From a virus (Duplodnaviria; Caudoviricetes), in the IMG/VR virus record IMGVR_UViG_3300020394_000115, positions 1 to 52,758 of that record: a stretch of DNA of 52,758 nt. One strand, 5' to 3'. Made by a program: the position numbers and the translations under genes. Below, piece after piece: positions 47,017-52,758 of the stretch. Positions within the stretch are counted from its first letter, which is position 1. Each line of letters begins with the position of its first letter. The notes beneath the pieces are model-generated. The model searched no databases. It saw only the letters and a list, made by a program, of their open reading frames with translations, and was not told the DNA's origin.

Positions 47017-48248
47017 TGCTTAGTTTTATACAAGAACAAGCTGGTAAAAATCTTCACATGGAACATATTGAAGATGAGATTATTAATCATGGCGTACCAG
47101 GTGGAAGAGCAGCTATAAATTTTTTAAGAAGTTTAAGAGATATGTTAGCAGGTGCAAGTAGATCATCTGTTAATATGACTGTTAAGTGGGATGGAGCTCC
47201 AGCTATCTTTGCAGGTACTGACCCTAGTGATGGTAAGTTCTTTGTTGCGAAGAAGTCTGTATTTAACGTAAATCCAAAATTATATAAAACTGATAAGGAG
47301 ATTGACGATGATTTATCTGGTCAACTTAATTCAAAGTTTAAGATCGCTCTCAAAGAGTTTTCAAAACTTAATATTAAAGGTGTACTTCAAGGTGACCTCA
47401 TGTTCACAAATGATCTTGGAAAAACTAAGATCGATGGTGTTTCATATATTACATTTCAACCCAACACTATTGTTTATGCTGTTCCTAGTGATTCTGACTT
47501 TGCAAAGACAATAAACAAAGCAAAGATTGGAGTAGTTTGGCATACAACATATTCTGGTAAAGACTTACCGAGTATGAAAGCATCCTTTGGTGCAGATATA
47601 AACAAACTTACAAAAACATCATCTGTTTGGATGGATGATGCGTCATACAAAGATGTGTCTGGTAAAGCAACATTTAATAAATCAGAAACAGACGCAGTTA
47701 CAAAAATACTATCTGAAACAGGTAAAACATTTCAAAGAATTAACGCACCTATGTTAAAAAAGTTTTTGAATTTACAAGCATCAATGACAGGTCAGTTATC
47801 TGGTGCATCATATAAAACATATTATAATAGTAAAGTAAGAGCAGGCGAAACTATTAAAAATCCTAGTAAATACGCAAGAGAATATGAGAAATTTGTATCT
47901 GATAAACTACAATTGCAAGTGGATAAATTAAAGACTCCTAAAGGAAAAGCGAAGTATCAGAATATACAAAAGGAATACACTAGAGAAATTAAGAAACATG
48001 TACGTAATTTAGAACAAGTTGTCAGGTTTCAAAACTTATTGATTGACGCAAAAATGCAGATCGTCAAAAAACTAAATAGTGTAAGGCAGTTGACTAATAC
48101 GTTTATTCGTACTAATAATGGATATAAAGTGGTTAACCCAGAGGGGTATGTAGCGATAGACAGAGTATCAGGCAATGCTGTTAAATTAGTCGACCGAATG
48201 GAGTTCTCATTTAATAACTTCACGGCGATTAAAACATGGGATAAATGA
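47016..48248 (+). CDS. Conserved phage protein (DUF6267-like) with ATP-dependent ligase-type motifs
   Basis: TVKWDG (KxDG), LQGDLMF, EGYV, VKLVDR. Confidence 0.65.
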   Translation: MLSFIQEQAGKNLHMEHIEDEIINHGVPGGRAAINFLRSLRDMLAGASRSSVNMTVKWDGAPAIFAGTDPSDGKFFVAKKSVFNVNPKLYKTDKEIDDDLSGQLNSKFKIALKEFSKLNIKGVLQGDLMFTNDLGKTKIDGVSYITFQPNTIVYAVPSDSDFAKTINKAKIGVVWHTTYSGKDLPSMKASFGADINKLTKTSSVWMDDASYKDVSGKATFNKSETDAVTKILSETGKTFQRINAPMLKKFLNLQASMTGQLSGASYKTYYNSKVRAGETIKNPSKYAREYEKFVSDKLQLQVDKLKTPKGKAKYQNIQKEYTREIKKHVRNLEQVVRFQNLLIDAKMQIVKKLNSVRQLTNTFIRTNNGYKVVNPEGYVAIDRVSGNAVKLVDRMEFSFNNFTAIKTWDK

Positions 48249-48252
48249 TAAG

Positions 48253-48663
48253 ATGTCAAAAACAATAGAACAATTTAATAAAGATATGGGTCTTGATGAG
48301 TTACGTGTTATTAACGTAGCACAAAGACGTAAGATCGCTAGACGTATGGCACGTTTGGCAAAGTCTTCAGCATTCAAAAAGAAAAAAGAAAGATCACTAC
48401 TTAAAATTGCTTCGCCAGAAAAACAAGCAGTCAAAGCAAGAAAGGCTGCTAAAAAACTTATAGTTAAGAAGTTTTACAAAAACTACGATCAATTATCCCC
48501 ACAAATGAAAGTTAGAATAGACCAACAAATACAAGCAAAGTATGGTGCGGCTATCAATAAAATTGCGGGTCGTATGAAAATCAAAGTTAAAAAAGCAGAG
48601 ATGGATAAAGTTAAGAAAGCCAGAGCTGCAAGACAGGCGAAACAAAGTGAAGAAAGAAATTAA
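48253..48663 (+). CDS. Highly basic hypothetical protein
   Basis: Lys/Arg-rich after the leader ending GLDE; QRRKIARRMARLAK. Confidence 0.7.
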   Translation: MSKTIEQFNKDMGLDELRVINVAQRRKIARRMARLAKSSAFKKKKERSLLKIASPEKQAVKARKAAKKLIVKKFYKNYDQLSPQMKVRIDQQIQAKYGAAINKIAGRMKIKVKKAEMDKVKKARAARQAKQSEERN

Positions 48664-50701
48664 AAAATTTAGTTTATTTGAAGTACCTCTTGTAGAGAAG
48701 AAAGTTGTCTTTACGTTTGGTCGTTTCAATCCACCAACAACTGGTCACGAAAAACTAATTGACAAAGTTAAATCAGTTGCTGGTAGCGATGACTATCGTA
48801 TATATCCATCACAATCACAAAATCAAAACAAAGACCCTCTTCCATATGCTAAAAAAATAGCATATATGAGAAAGATGTTTCCTAAACATAAGAGAAGCAT
48901 TGCCGTAGATAAAAATCCTAAAACTGCTATTGATGTTGCAACGTCTTTACATAACGCTGGTTACAAAGATGTAACTATGGTTGTAGGTTCTGACAGAGTA
49001 AAAGAATTTGAAACACTATTAAAAAAATATAATGGTGTAAAAGCAAGACATGGTATGTACAAGTTTGACAATATCAAAGTTGTATCTGCTGGAGATAGAG
49101 ACCCAGATGCTGAAGGTGTATCAGGTATGTCAGCAAGTAAGATGAGAAAAGCTGCATCTGATGGTAACATGGATGAATTTATGAAAGGTTTGCCAAGAGG
49201 ATTTAAAGATGGTAAGTCTTTATATAGAGATGTTAGAAAGAACATGGGTATTAGAGAAGAAAAAGATATGGGTGTCATGAATGATTATGAATCAAAAAGA
49301 GATGCATATCTAATAGGTAAAATTTGGAAAATAGGTGATATCATAGAAGCAAAAGATATGAGAGGTCCTATTGTTCAAAGAGGTACAAACTATGTATCAA
49401 TGGAAGTAAATAATAAAATTCATAGAGTATGGTTACATGATATAAAAGAATATGCACATGGTGGAAGAGCTCAAGGATATGGTTTATATAGACCAACAGC
49501 CGATTTAAATTTAAGAGCTTCTAAATTAGATAGAGTGAAACAAGATAAAGATGTGAAAGACGAACCAGGTACACAACCTGCAAAATATTATTCTGGCGTG
49601 AAAAAGAAAACAAAAGATGACAGAGCTGCACACTTTAGAAAAGGTGCAAAAATGGATGACGATAATCCAGCTGCATACAAACCAGCACCAGGCGATAAGG
49701 GTGCAAAAACTAAACCGAGTAAACATACTCAAAAATACAAAAAAATGTTTGGAGAAGATATGCCTAAGACATTAAATCAAGTCCTAGATGAAAAGATTGC
49801 AGGTCTTGTAAAAAAGGCAGATAAGTCAGGTATCGCCTATTCAATCTTAAAACAAGTTTATAACAGAGGAATGGCTGCCTGGCGAACAGGCCATAGACCA
49901 GGTACTACACCACAACAATGGGCAATGGCTAGAGTTAATTCTTTTGTTACAAAATCAAAAGGAACATGGGGTGGCGCAGATAAAGACTTAGCTGCAAAAG
50001 CAAGAGGTTCTAAAAAAGAAGCTATGGAATATCCTAGTGATGAACTGACTAAGAAATATAAAAAAGACACACCAGGTCAAGATGAAAGTTTATGGGCAAA
50101 CATCCATAAGAAAAGACAAAGAATCAAACAAGGTTCTGGTGAGAAGATGAGAAAGAAAGGTGACAAAGGCGCACCTACACCAGCACAAATGCAAAGAGCA
50201 AAAAACGCTAGTGAGGAAACAGTACAACAATGGTTTGAGTCAACAGAAACAAGAGGTTCATATCAATACAAGTATGGCGAAGATTGGTGGTGGAAACTTA
50301 ATGAAACACATGATCTTATGTTAGAAAAGATTGGTGTATGTTGTGAAGACTGTAAAGAAGATAAAAAACCTATGACATCTTGGAAAGTATTTAAAGAACA
50401 AAACTTTTGGGGTGAGATAGAAGAAGCTGCTGAGTATCAAGGTAGAAAAGTTACACTTAATAAACCTATGAAAGGTGATGTTAAGAAATCTAAAGTATAT
50501 GTTAAAAATGATAAAGGTAATGTTGTCAAAGTAGAGTTTGGTGACCCTAACATGGAGATCAAGCGAGATGACCCTGCTAGAAGAAAAAGCTTTAGAGCAA
50601 GACATAACTGTGATAACCCAGGTCCTAAATTTAAAGCAAGATATTGGTCTTGTAAGTTTTGGGAAAAAGGAAAAACTGTTACATCGTTAAAGAAAGGTTA
50701 A
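48647..50701 (+). CDS. Cytidylyltransferase-like (HxGH) nucleotidyltransferase fused to several small basic modules
   Basis: TFGRFNPPTTGH, VVGSDR, MSASKMR in the N-terminal ~200 aa; GTG start. Confidence 0.8.
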   Translation: MKKEIKKFSLFEVPLVEKKVVFTFGRFNPPTTGHEKLIDKVKSVAGSDDYRIYPSQSQNQNKDPLPYAKKIAYMRKMFPKHKRSIAVDKNPKTAIDVATSLHNAGYKDVTMVVGSDRVKEFETLLKKYNGVKARHGMYKFDNIKVVSAGDRDPDAEGVSGMSASKMRKAASDGNMDEFMKGLPRGFKDGKSLYRDVRKNMGIREEKDMGVMNDYESKRDAYLIGKIWKIGDIIEAKDMRGPIVQRGTNYVSMEVNNKIHRVWLHDIKEYAHGGRAQGYGLYRPTADLNLRASKLDRVKQDKDVKDEPGTQPAKYYSGVKKKTKDDRAAHFRKGAKMDDDNPAAYKPAPGDKGAKTKPSKHTQKYKKMFGEDMPKTLNQVLDEKIAGLVKKADKSGIAYSILKQVYNRGMAAWRTGHRPGTTPQQWAMARVNSFVTKSKGTWGGADKDLAAKARGSKKEAMEYPSDELTKKYKKDTPGQDESLWANIHKKRQRIKQGSGEKMRKKGDKGAPTPAQMQRAKNASEETVQQWFESTETRGSYQYKYGEDWWWKLNETHDLMLEKIGVCCEDCKEDKKPMTSWKVFKEQNFWGEIEEAAEYQGRKVTLNKPMKGDVKKSKVYVKNDKGNVVKVEFGDPNMEIKRDDPARRKSFRARHNCDNPGPKFKARYWSCKFWEKGKTVTSLKKG

Positions 50702-50702
50702 G

Positions 50703-51512
50703 ATGCAAGAACTAACAGATTTCATGAAGCTTGTATCTGCTGAGAAGATTAAGGTACAAGAGATAAAAGAAGAAAGACAGAAAAGGTTTGCACCCAGAAT
50801 TAATACAAGTGCATCTTTAGCTGACTTCTTTACCATGATTTCTGAAGCACCTAGAATACCTAGAAAAAAAGGACAACCTGCAGGTTCTGATAAACATTCT
50901 GATTTATATACAGATGAAAATCCTAAAGGAACAATACACGGTCTAGGATTTAAAGATGTAGAAACAGCAAGAGCAAGTGTTAAAAAAATTATCAACTCTG
51001 GTAAAACACATGCACATAAAATACAAGCTGCTATTGCAATGGAACAAAGAGCAAGAGTAATGGGTAAAACAGCTGAGGCTGCTGTCTTTAGAAAATATAT
51101 CGAAAAGATGAAAAAGAAAACTAAAGAAATGCAGAAAGAGGAAGTTGTGGAAGTTGTTCAACCACAGATAATAACTGAACAAGATAATGCACAAAGAATT
51201 GATGTGTTAAAAACTTTCTTTGGTAGATTAGATAAATTTGAAGAAACTTTAAATCAAAGACAACTAGCTCAGAAAATGAACAAGTATATGCCTGAGCAAA
51301 AAGATATAAACGAATTAACACAATTAAAAGAAGAGTTTAATCGTTTCAGACAATTGGTACAACAACAAATGTCAACGATTGGAGGCGGTGGAGCAGTAAG
51401 ACTGCAAGACTTGGACGATGTTGATACATCATCACTTGGTAATGGAAAATTTTTAGTATTTAATTCCTCTTCAGGTAAACTAGAATTTACAGATCAAGTG
51501 GATGGTAATTAA
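50703..51512 (+). CDS. Hypothetical modular protein
   Basis: HSDLYTDENPKGTIHGLGFKD module; C-terminal GGGGAVRLQDLDDV as seen in phage structural proteins. Confidence 0.65.
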   Translation: MQELTDFMKLVSAEKIKVQEIKEERQKRFAPRINTSASLADFFTMISEAPRIPRKKGQPAGSDKHSDLYTDENPKGTIHGLGFKDVETARASVKKIINSGKTHAHKIQAAIAMEQRARVMGKTAEAAVFRKYIEKMKKKTKEMQKEEVVEVVQPQIITEQDNAQRIDVLKTFFGRLDKFEETLNQRQLAQKMNKYMPEQKDINELTQLKEEFNRFRQLVQQQMSTIGGGGAVRLQDLDDVDTSSLGNGKFLVFNSSSGKLEFTDQVDGN

Positions 51513-52207
51513 TGGCATTAAAGATTAAATTAAAACAAGTCGCTGGAACACCAACAACCTCAGATTTAGAGAACGGTGAAATTGCACATAACACTAGCGC
51601 CAATACACTACATATACGTATAGGTGACACTATACACTCTGTATCTAGTTCTGGTGGTGGTGGAGGTAGTACTTTAACAGTACAAGATGAGGGTTCATCA
51701 TTATCAACAGCTGCAACTACACTAAACTTTGTTGGCTCTGGTGTTACTGCCAGTGGTACAGGTGCAACTAAAACAATTACTATTAGTGGTGGTGGTTCTG
51801 TTGATTTATCAGCAGTAGATCAAGATATTATACCAGATGCAAATAACACTAGAAGTTTAGGTAGTGCAAGTAAAAGATTTTCAGATTTATTTCTTTCTGG
51901 TCAAACAATTAACCTAGGTGGGGCAACTCTTAGTTCAGATGGAACTGGTTCAATCTCTATTTCTGCTGCAGGCGTTACTTTACCAGAAAATTCTAAAGCA
52001 GGTACATCAAAAATAGCAGTTGCAAATGATGAGGGTGTGGTAGTTAGAAAAGTAGATTTATTTACAGCCGCAGGTGGATTATCAACCGCAGCCACAACTT
52101 TTTTATTTAAGGCATCAGGTTCTAGAAACATTGCTTTTACAGATTTAACTTTTGCAAATGGGAGTAGTTTATCATCAACACAATCAACTCAATTGTTTGA
52201 GTTCTAA
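51512..52207 (+). CDS. Tail-fibre-like structural protein
   Basis: Ser/Gly/Thr-rich; LENGEIA, TVQDEG..LNFVG, IIPDANNTRSLGSASKRF fibre motifs. Confidence 0.65.
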   Translation: MALKIKLKQVAGTPTTSDLENGEIAHNTSANTLHIRIGDTIHSVSSSGGGGGSTLTVQDEGSSLSTAATTLNFVGSGVTASGTGATKTITISGGGSVDLSAVDQDIIPDANNTRSLGSASKRFSDLFLSGQTINLGGATLSSDGTGSISISAAGVTLPENSKAGTSKIAVANDEGVVVRKVDLFTAAGGLSTAATTFLFKASGSRNIAFTDLTFANGSSLSSTQSTQLFEF

Positions 52208-52208
52208 G

Positions 52209-52216
52209 GATAAATA
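52209..52216 (+). promoter_or_regulatory. Late promoter variant
   Basis: GATAAATA just before ATG 52222. Confidence 0.55.
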
Positions 52217-52221
52217 AAGAT

Positions 52222-52758
52222 ATGAGCGCAAAAACACCTTTAAGAGTAGTATTCGATGGCAGTAATAATGCAACAGGTCTTGCTGAATTTCAGTCTGGCG
52301 AGTTTGTAGCATTAACGCATGGAGGTCTTGGTGCTTCTTTATCTATTGGTTCAGCAGGTCAGGTATTAAAAGTAAACTCTAGTGCTAGTGCGTTAGAGTT
52401 TGGAAATGTAGAAGCAGTCTTCAATATTGATGGAATGACTGATGGTACAAGTATCACTCTTGCAGATGGTGATGTATTTGCAATTTCAGATGGTGGTACA
52501 GAGAAAAGAATTACAGCATCACAAATAAAAACATACGTAAGTGGCACAGGTGGAACAGCGATTACGGCATTAGACCTTGATGGTGCAACAGATATTGGTG
52601 CTGCTCTTGCAGATGCAGATTTATTTATTGTAGATGATGGTGCAGGTGGAACAAACAGAAAGATGGCTGCATCTAGAATTAAAACATATGTTGCAGACAT
52701 AACTTTAACAACAGCTGCACAAACAAATATCACTTCATTAGGAACATTAACATCTTTA
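52222..52758 (+). CDS. Tail fibre / structural protein, N-terminal part (runs off the window)
   Basis: Open frame not in the ORF track: MSAKTPLRVVFDG...GSAGQVLKVN; two LADxDxFxxxDG..G repeats; TAAQTNITSLGTL. Confidence 0.75.
   Translation, partial: MSAKTPLRVVFDGSNNATGLAEFQSGEFVALTHGGLGASLSIGSAGQVLKVNSSASALEFGNVEAVFNIDGMTDGTSITLADGDVFAISDGGTEKRITASQIKTYVSGTGGTAITALDLDGATDIGAALADADLFIVDDGAGGTNRKMAASRIKTYVADITLTTAAQTNITSLGTLTSL

Noticed and set aside
10150-47514. Alternative-frame + strand ORFs 10150-10374, 19772-19990, 26630-26815, 47302-47514
   Set aside because: Nested in confident genes, low-complexity or motif-free.
579-52733. Numerous minus-strand ORFs in the track (e.g. 1339-1752, 5848-6240, 46674-47090, 52359-52733)
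   Set aside because: Antisense shadows of well-supported + strand genes with no recognisable motifs; only 3809-4108 is retained.
1-52758. Alternative genetic code, prophage context or definite cyanophage assignment
   Set aside because: Core genes translate full length with code 11 and all three stop codons are used; no integrase, host housekeeping or photosynthesis genes occur in this window, so the host cannot be fixed.

Overview
This window is an AT-rich segment of a T4-like myovirus genome, almost entirely coded on the + strand. It resembles marine cyanophage/pelagiphage-type myoviruses; a low-GC heterotrophic marine host is inferred, not shown. It runs from the end of terminase gp17 through the tail and head genes (18-19-20-67-68-21-22-23-3), recombination and transcription genes (uvsY, uvsW, 55, 47, 46), a VWA/MoxR pair and hsp20, the replisome (45, 44, 62, regA, 43, uvsX, 41), a late cluster of probable capsid-packaged proteins and the start of tail-fibre genes. 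Accessory cassettes are wedged between normally adjacent core genes. The strongest candidate system lies directly after DNA polymerase: a glutaminase-less asparagine-synthetase-like amide ligase, a C5-cytosine methyltransferase homologue whose motif-X Asn is replaced by Arg, and a CmoA-like carboxy-SAM synthase. Together they point to DNA 5-carboxymethylcytosine and further amide hypermodification. I recall a similar system reported in a cyanophage, so it may not be entirely undescribed. Other notable items are a DesI/glycosyltransferase/DesII-like sugar cassette, a TctA/TctC transporter behind an embedded early promoter, a carbamoyltransferase with SGNH-like paralogues, a ROSE-like RNA thermometer before hsp20, and a structured GC-rich intergenic element. 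All calls come from reading motifs and synteny by eye; no searches were run.
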